Assembly: GCF_965662665.1 (NCBI RefSeq)
Contig: NZ_CBFIIF010000012.1
Coordinates: forward strand, 3,098 to 67,097
Source: Congregibacter sp.
GTDB taxonomy: Bacteria; Pseudomonadota; Gammaproteobacteria; Pseudomonadales; Halieaceae
DNA length: 64,000 bases
Reading direction: 5' to 3'
Translations under genes and position numbers: made by a program
In this document: one piece after another, positions 41,311 to 50,282 of the stretch
Numbering within the stretch: position 1 is the first letter of the stretch
Layout of the letters: every line of letters starts with the position of its first letter
Notes under the pieces: generated by a model
What the model saw: only the letters and a program-made list of their open reading frames with translations
Databases searched by the model: none
What the model was told of the DNA's origin: nothing

Positions 41311-42177
41311 CTAACGCTTTCGATAGGGTATCTGGCAATAGCTGATACCCCGGCGGGGCTCGGCCTGCAACTTGGTTAGAAACAGTGCTACCGAATTTGT
41401 CGACAGATTAATGTTGGCAGACGGCCCGATAAAAACATGGTCCAGGTCGATACCCCCGGACTCACGGGCTGTGAGCTCAAAAAGGTAGTAAGGCACCAGC
41501 ATGGCATCGCCTTCGCGAAAGTGCACGGGCATCCCACGAGTGGGCGTGATTAGTGGCGAAACGATGCGCCACTCCTGCTCCTCTTCAAAGGAGGGATGCT
41601 TTAACAGCGCGGCGATGCGCAGGAGATCGCCCTCTATCTCCTCAAATACCGGGGCCCAGCCATCATCACTCTCACTCTGCGGTCGCGCGGCCGCCAGCAC
41701 CTCGACGCCATCAACAATCTGCTCGATAAGCGCGGCCTGAAACGCCGAATCATACTGACAGGCCGCCACCTGAAAAGCCTGACGCCTGGCACACTCATGC
41801 ACGTGCTCGGGATTGAACCCCAGACTTACGCCTTTGCTGTGATTGCTATAGCCCCGCCACTGGCTCAACAGGTTACCGTTGACCCGAAAGGAAGCCCCAA
41901 AGAGCATCGGGCCGTTGGCGATCCGATGGGAAAGCCATTCAAGTAACTTATTGAGCAATACCGGGTCGTCGGCACCGCTGTTGATGCGCTCAGTGATATG
42001 TTTCTGCAGCAGGCTCAGCGTATGTCGAAGCTCCGCCGAATCGTTCATGTAACGAACATCACTGGCCCTCAGCGCACCACTCTCGACAATACCCATGAGG
42101 CCCGAGAGTGATGTGTAGTGATAAAGCGTTTTATCGGGCACCTGCGCAAACAGGCGCTGGGTAATAGCGTCAATCAC
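41311..42177 (-). CDS. DUF2971-domain protein
   Basis: LYHYTS, MND..E, LSQWRGY, KHPSFEEEQEWR; the GTG start overlaps the upstream stop. Confidence 0.8.
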   Translation of the reverse strand: MIDAITQRLFAQVPDKTLYHYTSLSGLMGIVESGALRASDVRYMNDSAELRHTLSLLQKHITERINSGADDPVLLNKLLEWLSHRIANGPMLFGASFRVNGNLLSQWRGYSNHSKGVSLGFNPEHVHECARRQAFQVAACQYDSAFQAALIEQIVDGVEVLAAARPQSESDDGWAPVFEEIEGDLLRIAALLKHPSFEEEQEWRIVSPLITPTRGMPVHFREGDAMLVPYYLFELTARESGGIDLDHVFIGPSANINLSTNSVALFLTKLQAEPRRGISYCQIPYRKR

Positions 42178-42818
42178 ATGCCTTTAGCAATACCGTGATC
42201 GTCATTCCCGGGAACCTCTGCATACCAGTCGGTCATGTCGTCGTACATTTCGCCCTTGATCAGATGCCAGGGTGAACGGTGATAGATCTTAATATCATGA
42301 AAAGGATCCGTGAGGATCTTGGTGGCCCAGACCAGACCCGACTGCACACCCATAAGAAAAAACAGATGCACGGTTCGGAATACTACGGCGCCCAAGCCGG
42401 TAAAGAGCCAGAGTATTGCCGTCGTGTAGAGGAGACCCTGTTCGACTTGCGCCGCATTAAGTAGGCCAAAGAAGCTCGGATTGACCAAGAGCACAACCGG
42501 CACCGCCACCCAGATGCTCAACAAGACCACCTTGCGGCGCAGGTTGTAACCCACCTTCACGCTCTCTTTGTACTCGTGGCTGACGTCGTTAACCTGATCA
42601 AAGTCTTTGGGTTCGAAGTAAAAGTGTCCAATTTGACGCAGGACCATCGCCAGAAGCCAGCCGACCATGACTGCCGCTACTGGATCAACAAAAATCAGGT
42701 AGTAGCTCGCCACAAAGCAGCTGGCACTCAGCAAGTGTAAAAACTGGTTCACTCGATTGTGATGATAGAAACGATGGTCGTCCCATCGCTGCTTATGTAA
42801 TTCTTCTCTGAACTTCAT
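42174..42818 (-). CDS. Mpo1/DUF962-like membrane protein (putative Fe-dependent lipid dioxygenase)
   Basis: H.N.VNQFLH and QIGHFYFE match the Mpo1-family H...N..LH and GHxxFE motifs; about 4 TM helices. Confidence 0.65.
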   Translation of the reverse strand: MKFREELHKQRWDDHRFYHHNRVNQFLHLLSASCFVASYYLIFVDPVAAVMVGWLLAMVLRQIGHFYFEPKDFDQVNDVSHEYKESVKVGYNLRRKVVLLSIWVAVPVVLLVNPSFFGLLNAAQVEQGLLYTTAILWLFTGLGAVVFRTVHLFFLMGVQSGLVWATKILTDPFHDIKIYHRSPWHLIKGEMYDDMTDWYAEVPGNDDHGIAKGM

Positions 42819-42849
42819 GGTCTAGCCTCCGGTGTACCGATAAAAATAG

Positions 42850-43764
42850 TTAAGCTTCGACGAGAGTCTCGGCGGGTTCTTTCGATGTATGAGCGTTTTG
42901 TGCAACCCTGGAAAAGAGCGCCTCGCCCATGCGAATCTGTTTTCCCACCTGCAGCTCCTCGTTGAACATGTGGTCATTAGTAGCAAACACGATGATGGTC
43001 GAGCCGTGTTGAAAGAACCCCATCTCGTCTCCTTTGGCATAGCTGCTCGACTTAACCAGATGTTCGGAACTGGCTCCGCGGACATCCACTCCCTCCGGCA
43101 GACTGTGCAGGCGAATGCTCGCGACCAATATTGCCGCGACGGCGACCAAACAAACCCCACTCTTCGGATCGGCTAACTGCAGATCCAAAATCGCCCGTTC
43201 GTTCTTGCAGTAGAGGTTCTCGATGCGCCGCAAGGAAATGGGATTCACATTCCAGGTATCGCCCGAGAGATAGGTAACCCTGTCTACACGACAATCCAGC
43301 GGCGCGTGGAAGCGGTGATACATGCTGGACTTAAGTCTCAGTGTTACGAAGCGACCATTGCGATACTTGTCTTGCAAGTCCTGACAAGGAATCAGGTCCG
43401 CTAATTCGTAGGGAAACCCTTTGGCCTGATAGAGCGTCGTACCTTCAATTTGTCCAAACTCTCCCACAATCGCATCGCAAGGACTGATACTCACTGTAGG
43501 ATCCACATCGATAGGTCTGACGCCAGGTTTCAACTGACGGGTAAAACACTCCCCCAGACTGAGAAAATCTGACTGGGTGGCCTCCTCTAACTTCAGATCA
43601 TCAGCAAACAGTTGCCAAAGCTTGATAGAAACGCGAGTCAGCCAGCGGCTCTCGATACTGCTATACCAACCCATAAACCGTGTCGCCAGACGCCGGGGAA
43701 TACGGTTAGTGAGCAGGAAGTTAAGTTGCTCCTGCTGACTCAGGCTGCGCAGCGCCATGGACAT
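42850..43764 (-). CDS. psd: Phosphatidylserine decarboxylase family proenzyme
   Basis: FTRQLKPGVRPI, SPCD, QAKG..Y, YHRFHAP, KNER, self-cleavage motif FQHGST. ATG at 43764, 2 nt after the GT stop. Confidence 0.85.
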   Translation of the reverse strand: MSMALRSLSQQEQLNFLLTNRIPRRLATRFMGWYSSIESRWLTRVSIKLWQLFADDLKLEEATQSDFLSLGECFTRQLKPGVRPIDVDPTVSISPCDAIVGEFGQIEGTTLYQAKGFPYELADLIPCQDLQDKYRNGRFVTLRLKSSMYHRFHAPLDCRVDRVTYLSGDTWNVNPISLRRIENLYCKNERAILDLQLADPKSGVCLVAVAAILVASIRLHSLPEGVDVRGASSEHLVKSSSYAKGDEMGFFQHGSTIIVFATNDHMFNEELQVGKQIRMGEALFSRVAQNAHTSKEPAETLVEA

Positions 43765-43766
43765 AC

Positions 43767-46481
43767 TCAGGCGACGGAGCGATGTTCTATGAGACAAGCA
43801 GGCGCAGGAAGCCCCAGATCCTGTACAAAGCGACTCATGATGTCATCGGCGCTGTACTCTCCCGCCCGGGCTCGAGCGTTCCGACTCATCTGTGTGCGCT
43901 CATCCGGCCAGGAAAAGTAATCGATAACCGATCGAGCCATCGCGCTGGGGTCGTCTACCAGATAGCCGGATCTACCATGCTCAATAATGTCTCTCGGCCC
44001 TTTGCAGTCATAGGCCACGGCTGGCATGCCGTAGACGAAGGACTCAAGCAGCACGTTGCCAAAAGTGTCGAAGCGTGAGGGGAACACAAAGAGATCCAAG
44101 CCTGCATATAAACTGGCGAGGCGCCGCTTATCAACCCAGCCCAGGAAAAGCGCATCGGGTAGCGCCTCCTTGAGGGCCTGTTCGTCGGGTCCCGATCCTG
44201 CAATTACCAATCGCAAGTCGGGCAGGCGCTCCCGCGCTTCGGCCAGCATCTCCGGAAGATCAAACAATCCCTTCTCGCCACTTAAGCGGCAGGCCACAAA
44301 CAACACCGGGGTATCCTCACTCGCGTCAGGGAATAGATCGTGTTTGGACACAGGGGTGATGTCAGCAATTGGCTCTGGCGCATGATGGGCAGTCATGAAG
44401 AGCTTCTCTGGCGCAAGCTGCATCTCTTGCCCAGCCAGCCAGTCTCTATGCTCGGTGTTTAGAACAAAGACGCCGTCAAACTGGTTGTAAAGAAGCCTTA
44501 AGAGTCGACGTACTCGGTCGCGCTCATGACGCGTCGCGTTAGTAGTGGACTTGATGTACTCAATCCAGTCGGTGTGCATAAAGAAGTGACAGGGCACATT
44601 GAATTTGAACTTAAGAAACAACGCCACCAAGACCATGGGCCCTTCGGTCGAACAGGCGACTCGGTCGTATCCACCCTCATAAAACTTTCGGGCGACCTCC
44701 ATGAGGTCCGGTATTCTCAAACGCTGCTCCCCGGAATCGGGCAAGGTGAAGGACGCAAGGGGTCGGGTAACATGCAGATGCGGTTGCGCTTCGGCCGACT
44801 CGTGGCAAATGAGAAAGTCGATGGCGATATCGTGCTTTTGTATGTGTTGAAGCTTTCCGCCCAGAGAGTTAGACACCCCATTTTTGTCGAACAAGGTATC
44901 GGTCAGGTACAGAACACGATGATCGTGCTCATTGCTTCCGGTATGTGAGGCAAAGCTATTGAGAAAGTCGCGATTCTTGTAGAGCGCCCGGGTACTGGCG
45001 ACGGAGGCGCCGGCAAGCACCAGGGAGATCATAAATGGGAACGCCACCTTATCGATAAGCTCCCGGACGTGCTTCTCACCCAGGCTGGGGTACGCTCCGC
45101 CACCGCCAAATATGAGCGCTGATAACTGGCTGGGTAGCTCAAATTTCCTGGTGAGCTCTTCCGTAGACAGGCTACTCATCAATCCGGTTTCACGGAGCAG
45201 ATCGGAGCTCTGCACTTTTTCTAACATCAGGCGATTGAGCTCCGTAAAGAGCTCAGCAATGCACTCATTAACCGTCTTGGTGAAGGACTCTGGTGAACCG
45301 GAACGTGCCTCGGCGATGGTCTCGAGATGGCGGACACAGAATCGGTATTTCTTTGGAACCTTCCACTTCAACATCTTGTTGGGCTTCTTGCCCTGCAGCG
45401 CGTCGTGCACAAATTCAAAGAACTTTTTGCTGTGCTTATGTTTCTGCAGCTCGAGCAAAAGGTTGCTGATCGCAAAGCAGGCAAACTTATCGTAAGCCTC
45501 GCCACGGTGTAGCAGGATCCTTAACAAACCCGGGTCTTCAATTTTAGTTGCGACTTGCGCAAAAAAGTCGAGCAACGCGATGTTCAATTTCTGATTCTCG
45601 CCCACACTGCCGTAGGGAGAGACGCGGCCTTCACGAAGTGCTTCGAGCGCCAGATCTGACGCTTTCTCGCTTTTCAGCCGTTCTTGCAAATTCGGGATCA
45701 TCAGCAGTGATCCACACTGCCCTGCGTAAAGGCCCATATGATCATCCGAACCACCAGTCAGCACCTTGGGTTTATCCGGGTCAACTCCAAACTCTTCAGG
45801 ATTCAAACCGTGCTTGTTGGCATATTCCTTAACCTTTGCTGGAGTCAGACTTTGCAACCAGTTCAGGGTAAGTGTCGACTGCCACAAATCCCGTTGGCCA
45901 TTGAGCACTTCAAAACGCTGAAACATCACCGCTAACTTCTCAAACAGAGCGATATCGAGTTTTTCGTTGGTGGTGTAAAAGTAAAGCGGATGCGGCAGAA
46001 CCAGCGGGATGTTTTGCGCGGCGGCATAGCGTAGGAACTCAAAGATGTCTTCACGCTTTTCGTTGAGGATGTTTTCCTGTGCTCGAGAAAACCCGTAGGC
46101 TAAAACGTGACAGTAGAGGTCAAACTCCTCGAAGTGGCAGGTGAACTCACATCCCGTCAGAACGTCTTCACCCTTCTCCTGCAGATCCCAGCAAGATCGC
46201 GCATTATTGTGGTTTGTCACTGTCACAACGTCACTGCCATTGCGTCTGAGACACTTCACGAGGTCACTGGTCTTCAACCAGGTCTCTGGAAGACCAAGAA
46301 TCCTCCCCCAAAGCTCGTCAGGCTTATCGCTGTTTTTGTCGTGACAATGAAGGTCGACGCGCAGACAGTTCGAGGAAGAAAACCGTTGCGCCTCTTTCTG
46401 TAAGAAGTCATCAAACTCCTGCGCCAAGGAGGCCCGAAACTCACCAGGACGCGGTGTTCGTGGAAACGCGGTTACAGTCAT
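43767..46481 (-). CDS. PHP-domain/GT4 glycosyltransferase fusion protein
   Basis: N-terminal PHP motifs DLHCH, TNHN, GCE, HVL, HP, EVLNG, GGSDDH. C-terminal GT-B motifs TDT..DKNGV, STEGP, HTD..EY, DLFVFPSRFDTFGNVLLES. Confidence 0.9.
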   Translation of the reverse strand: MTVTAFPRTPRPGEFRASLAQEFDDFLQKEAQRFSSSNCLRVDLHCHDKNSDKPDELWGRILGLPETWLKTSDLVKCLRRNGSDVVTVTNHNNARSCWDLQEKGEDVLTGCEFTCHFEEFDLYCHVLAYGFSRAQENILNEKREDIFEFLRYAAAQNIPLVLPHPLYFYTTNEKLDIALFEKLAVMFQRFEVLNGQRDLWQSTLTLNWLQSLTPAKVKEYANKHGLNPEEFGVDPDKPKVLTGGSDDHMGLYAGQCGSLLMIPNLQERLKSEKASDLALEALREGRVSPYGSVGENQKLNIALLDFFAQVATKIEDPGLLRILLHRGEAYDKFACFAISNLLLELQKHKHSKKFFEFVHDALQGKKPNKMLKWKVPKKYRFCVRHLETIAEARSGSPESFTKTVNECIAELFTELNRLMLEKVQSSDLLRETGLMSSLSTEELTRKFELPSQLSALIFGGGGAYPSLGEKHVRELIDKVAFPFMISLVLAGASVASTRALYKNRDFLNSFASHTGSNEHDHRVLYLTDTLFDKNGVSNSLGGKLQHIQKHDIAIDFLICHESAEAQPHLHVTRPLASFTLPDSGEQRLRIPDLMEVARKFYEGGYDRVACSTEGPMVLVALFLKFKFNVPCHFFMHTDWIEYIKSTTNATRHERDRVRRLLRLLYNQFDGVFVLNTEHRDWLAGQEMQLAPEKLFMTAHHAPEPIADITPVSKHDLFPDASEDTPVLFVACRLSGEKGLFDLPEMLAEARERLPDLRLVIAGSGPDEQALKEALPDALFLGWVDKRRLASLYAGLDLFVFPSRFDTFGNVLLESFVYGMPAVAYDCKGPRDIIEHGRSGYLVDDPSAMARSVIDYFSWPDERTQMSRNARARAGEYSADDIMSRFVQDLGLPAPACLIEHRSVA

Positions 46482-48193
46482 GAGCTCTCCTCCAGGCGGC
46501 TATCGCCGATGATTGAAGTAGTCGGTCGTTTACTCCGGAAAAGCGGGAAGCGGGCGCGCAGCATTTCCGAAATGAGCTGGCTTCGAATACTGGCATCGGT
46601 GAGAGTGTCGCTCTGCCACCACCAACCATCGTCCAGCATACGAAGACAAGCGCGCTCAAATCGCGACATGACCTCAGCGAAGTCCTCATCGCTGAAGTTA
46701 AAGCTCATAATCATCCGGCCGCTGCCAATCCAGCTTAACTCCAGCCCTTCGGCGCGGAGGTAAAACTGCAGCATCCAGTTGTAGCGGCTGGGCTTGCGGT
46801 ACAGCACCGTGAGAATGCTGTGCATATTGGCTATCTCGACCGGAGCGCCAATGGCACTTAAACGCGCATTGAGTATTCCAACACGCTTGTTCCATAGCAT
46901 CTCGCCCTCGGCATAAAGCGCCTGACAGTCAGGCTCTTCTATGCGCCGCAAAAAGCTGTTCATCGCAGCCATAACGTAGGGGTGGGAGTTAAAGGTGCCG
47001 CGGGCAAAGGAAATATTCGCTGGCTGCTTGTCGCGATAGCGCTTCATGAGCTTGTGCGTTCCGCAGAGAACACCCACGGGATAACCCCCGCCAAGGGTTT
47101 TCCCGTAAGTCACCATATCTGCCTGAATACCGAAGTACTCCTGGGCACCGCCGTAACCCAGACGAAAACCGAGGAATACCTCGTCAAAAATGAGAACGAT
47201 GCTCTTTGCGGTGCAGACGTCTCTAATCTTGTGCAGCCAGTCCGTGTAGGCCTCTCGATCAAAATAGGCGGAGCGTTTACTGCCAAACAACGCAGCGTCA
47301 CCCGCCGCGTTGGCGTTGGGACTCAAGGCTTGAAGGGGATTGATCAGCACGCAAGCGATGTCATTGCGCGTCTCCAGAACTCGAAGCGTGTTCTCACTGA
47401 GATCCGCAAGCGTGTAAACATCGCCCACCCCGCGATGAGTGCCTACGCCAGGCTGCACGCCGTCCCACCACCCATGATAAGCACCGCAGAGACGCACTAG
47501 ATGAGAGCGACCCGTGTGGTAACGCGCCAGACCCACCGCCTGCATCACAGCCTCGGTGCCCGACATATGAAATGAGACTTCATCCAGACCTGAAACGCTC
47601 TTGATGCGCTCGACATTGTCTTTCACGATTGGGTGGTAAGGACCCAGTACAGGGCCCATGTCGCCAACAAGGCGCTGCGCGTCATCCATGCAGGCCTTGT
47701 AGAAGTCGTAGCCGAATACGTTGACACCGTAGGATCCCGTAAGGTCGTAGCGCCAGTTACCATCTATGTCACGTACCTGAACACCACTGCTCTCTTCGAT
47801 GATTGAACCCTGCTTGAGTTCGTCGGGGAGTCCTTCACGAAAAGGAAAGGGAACACGGTAAGCAGCGGTGAAATTTACGTCAGATACGCTGTCCTGCAGG
47901 GAAGAAGAGTACGCCAGAGACTGCGGCTGCGAAGCCAGAACGTTACGTCGCAGACCTTGCATCGCCTTTCGACGGGCTAGGTCTATTTCAGACGGTGCGC
48001 CATCTGCACAGAAATAGTTCTCATCACCAAAGCTGTAATAGGGAACGAGCCGGGCAAGCCTGCGCGACCATTTGGCATGCCCGCGCACAGAGGCGTGTTT
48101 GGCGCGAGAGAGGCGCAGGCGAACAAATGTTTTGTGGGCAAGGAAACCGCTGACGACAGCCAGCAAAGCGTAGGACGTTAAGCCATCGGGCAT
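46478..48193 (-). CDS. Class III PLP-dependent aminotransferase (HemL/GSAM-like) with N-terminal membrane anchor
   Basis: SGTEAVM, YHGWWD, LIFDEVFLGFR, TYGKTLGGG (PLP Lys), GTFNSHP; hydrophobic N-terminus; ATGA overlap with the GT gene. Confidence 0.9.
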   Translation of the reverse strand: MPDGLTSYALLAVVSGFLAHKTFVRLRLSRAKHASVRGHAKWSRRLARLVPYYSFGDENYFCADGAPSEIDLARRKAMQGLRRNVLASQPQSLAYSSSLQDSVSDVNFTAAYRVPFPFREGLPDELKQGSIIEESSGVQVRDIDGNWRYDLTGSYGVNVFGYDFYKACMDDAQRLVGDMGPVLGPYHPIVKDNVERIKSVSGLDEVSFHMSGTEAVMQAVGLARYHTGRSHLVRLCGAYHGWWDGVQPGVGTHRGVGDVYTLADLSENTLRVLETRNDIACVLINPLQALSPNANAAGDAALFGSKRSAYFDREAYTDWLHKIRDVCTAKSIVLIFDEVFLGFRLGYGGAQEYFGIQADMVTYGKTLGGGYPVGVLCGTHKLMKRYRDKQPANISFARGTFNSHPYVMAAMNSFLRRIEEPDCQALYAEGEMLWNKRVGILNARLSAIGAPVEIANMHSILTVLYRKPSRYNWMLQFYLRAEGLELSWIGSGRMIMSFNFSDEDFAEVMSRFERACLRMLDDGWWWQSDTLTDASIRSQLISEMLRARFPLFRSKRPTTSIIGDSRLEESS

Positions 48194-48263
48194 GAGTTAC
48201 CTTGCGCCGTGATGTTCCGACCGGACCATCACCAATGGGTTTCAGCGAAACTAGTAGGTAGTC

Positions 48264-48303
48264 GTTACGAAAAGATTAAGGTTTTGCGAAGCTTTTATTG
48301 CAG
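48264..48303 (-). promoter_or_regulatory. Degenerate 11-bp-period direct repeats (PhoB/OmpR-family-like)
   Basis: The minus strand reads CTGCAAT-aaaa-GCTTCGC-aaaa-CCTTAAT-cttt-TCGTAAC, upstream of the lipid operon. Confidence 0.35.
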
Positions 48304-48331
48304 CGCCAGAGCAAGGTCTATATCAATCTGG

Positions 48332-49246
48332 CTAATGCCCGGTGTGATGATCGAGCCAGTCCACAAGCAGTGCGTTAACAAACTCCGGCCGCTCCCGGTG
48401 TGGGAAATGACCGGCATCAGGGACTTCTACAACTTTGAGACCCTTGGGGAAGTCGTCCTCACGCATCATGGCTGTAAAGACGTCAGCGGCTATGCAGCCT
48501 TCGTTTTTGCCAGTAATACCCAGCGTGGGCACATTGATAGGCCACGCTTCTTCTGCATCATAGGAGCCGCGCCATGGCAGTGAATCAAGACCGACTGCCG
48601 CACGGTAGTATCCCAATGCACTCTCAACGACATTGGCTCTTCGGAAGGTTTGCACCACGCGCTCAAAGTCTTGCTCTTCAAAATCCCAGCCGGGACTCCA
48701 GGTCCGCCAAAGCCAGCGCAGGAACGCAAAATCTTTACGCTTCACGGCAAACTCAGCTAGAGCCGGTGTCTGAAAGAAAAGGATATACCAGGACATCCTG
48801 AGCTGTTTCGGATACTTGTGAATCTCTGCCAAAAAACGACCTGCATGGGGGACAGACATTGTCGTTAAACTCAAAATTCGCTCGGGCACCGCCATGGCTG
48901 CGGCGTACGCAATCGATGCACCCCAGTCATGCCCGATGATGTGCGCCGACTGGCACTCCAATTCATCCATCCACGCCACCACATCACCGGCCAAGGCCGC
49001 AGAAGAGTAGTCATCGTCTTCCGGTTGGGATTCAGGCTCGTATCCTCTGGTAGCAACAGCTATCGCGCGATAACCCGCATCTGCAAGCACAGCTATCTGT
49101 TCACTCCAGGTTTCCAGCGTGTCGGGGAACCCGTGCAGTAGCAGAACTACCGGTCCAGAACCCTGCTCGATAGCGCTAAACTTCAGCGCTCCATTACACA
49201 AAGTGATCGCTTTTTGACTCGTCACCGCTTCCCACTGTCTACTCAA
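48332..49246 (-). CDS. Alpha/beta hydrolase (epoxide hydrolase-like)
   Basis: HGFPD, GHDWGA nucleophile, SWYILFFQ, GYYRA, GHFPHRE. Confidence 0.9.
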   Translation of the reverse strand: MSRQWEAVTSQKAITLCNGALKFSAIEQGSGPVVLLLHGFPDTLETWSEQIAVLADAGYRAIAVATRGYEPESQPEDDDYSSAALAGDVVAWMDELECQSAHIIGHDWGASIAYAAAMAVPERILSLTTMSVPHAGRFLAEIHKYPKQLRMSWYILFFQTPALAEFAVKRKDFAFLRWLWRTWSPGWDFEEQDFERVVQTFRRANVVESALGYYRAAVGLDSLPWRGSYDAEEAWPINVPTLGITGKNEGCIAADVFTAMMREDDFPKGLKVVEVPDAGHFPHRERPEFVNALLVDWLDHHTGH

Positions 49247-49350
49247 GTATGTAGGACATGATCGTACAGAAAAGCAAAAGGCCTCACAAAAGCTAACCAG
49301 GGGCTCTGAGACCTATACGATACAGTTCCCCGTATTTGCGCCGTGGCAAA

Positions 49351-49379
49351 CTGTCATAAATACGTAGTAATTCAGTCAT
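49351..49379 (+). promoter_or_regulatory. Pho-box-like site
   Basis: CTGTCAT-aaat-ACGTAGT-aatt-CAGTCAT: a perfect CTGTCAT and a 1-mismatch copy 22 bp apart with AT spacers, ~40 nt upstream of the acyltransferase ATG. Confidence 0.6.
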
Positions 49380-49418
49380 ACCCTGCACGCTTTGAGGCCT
49401 CATCGTGTGCACTTCATC

Positions 49419-50282
49419 ATGTACGACTACGTCCGAGAGTACCCATCAATATCCTATGTGCAGCCTTCTGATCCGTGGCTGACCCGACGTTGTATTGCGT
49501 CGCTGGAAGTTTTGCTGGGGCGACGCCGCATAGAAGCGATCTATCACGACTTAAAACGCGGCACTTTTGATATTTCGACTTTTTTCCGTCAGGCCCTTGA
49601 TGCGATCGATGTCCATGTAGATCTGGATATCGCTCGCCTGAACAGCGTGCCACGCAGCGGCCCCCTCGTAATCCTGGCCAACCATCCCTTTGGCATCGTA
49701 GACGGTCTGATCCTTTGTGATATTGCTGCACAGCTGCGCTCAGACTTTAGAATCATGCTCAATGCCATGCTCTGCCAGGACTCAGATCTTGCTCCGCGCT
49801 TTTTGCCCATCGACTTCCAGAACAACAAAGCCGCGCTGCAGAACAACATCCGATCAAAGAAGCTTGCGCTGGATTCCTTACGCGAAGATATCCCCCTGCT
49901 TATCTTCCCTTCAGGAATGGTCTCAACTGCCAACAAGTTTGGCTTCGGTCAGACCCACGATGGCCCCTGGACCACCTTCGCTGCAAAACTCATCCAGCAA
50001 AGTCAGGCCACAGTGCTGCCGGTTTACTTTCATGGTCGTAACAGTCGGAAGTTTCACGTAGCGAGCCACGTTGCGGAGCCCCTGCGCATGGCTATGCTGA
50101 TGCGCGAAGCATTAAAAAAATGTGGAGACACGGTTCGCGTTGATCTAGGTGAAGCGCTCAGCTGGAACTATCTTGCGCAATATGGCTCGCGACAGTCACT
50201 CACTGACTTTCTCTATGCCCACGTCAATCAAGAGTTACCCCTCCAGGCTTCTCAGGCCAAGGTCTCACTAGCAATGCAGTGA
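49419..50282 (+). CDS. Lysophospholipid acyltransferase family protein
   Basis: NHPFGIVDG (HX4D), IFPSG, VLPVYF.G.NS; likely ATG at 49419. Confidence 0.88.
   Translation: MYDYVREYPSISYVQPSDPWLTRRCIASLEVLLGRRRIEAIYHDLKRGTFDISTFFRQALDAIDVHVDLDIARLNSVPRSGPLVILANHPFGIVDGLILCDIAAQLRSDFRIMLNAMLCQDSDLAPRFLPIDFQNNKAALQNNIRSKKLALDSLREDIPLLIFPSGMVSTANKFGFGQTHDGPWTTFAAKLIQQSQATVLPVYFHGRNSRKFHVASHVAEPLRMAMLMREALKKCGDTVRVDLGEALSWNYLAQYGSRQSLTDFLYAHVNQELPLQASQAKVSLAMQ

Noticed and set aside
46478-48193. Calling this gene hemL
   Set aside because: The extra membrane-anchored N-terminus and the lipid-gene context argue against the housekeeping enzyme, so no symbol is given.
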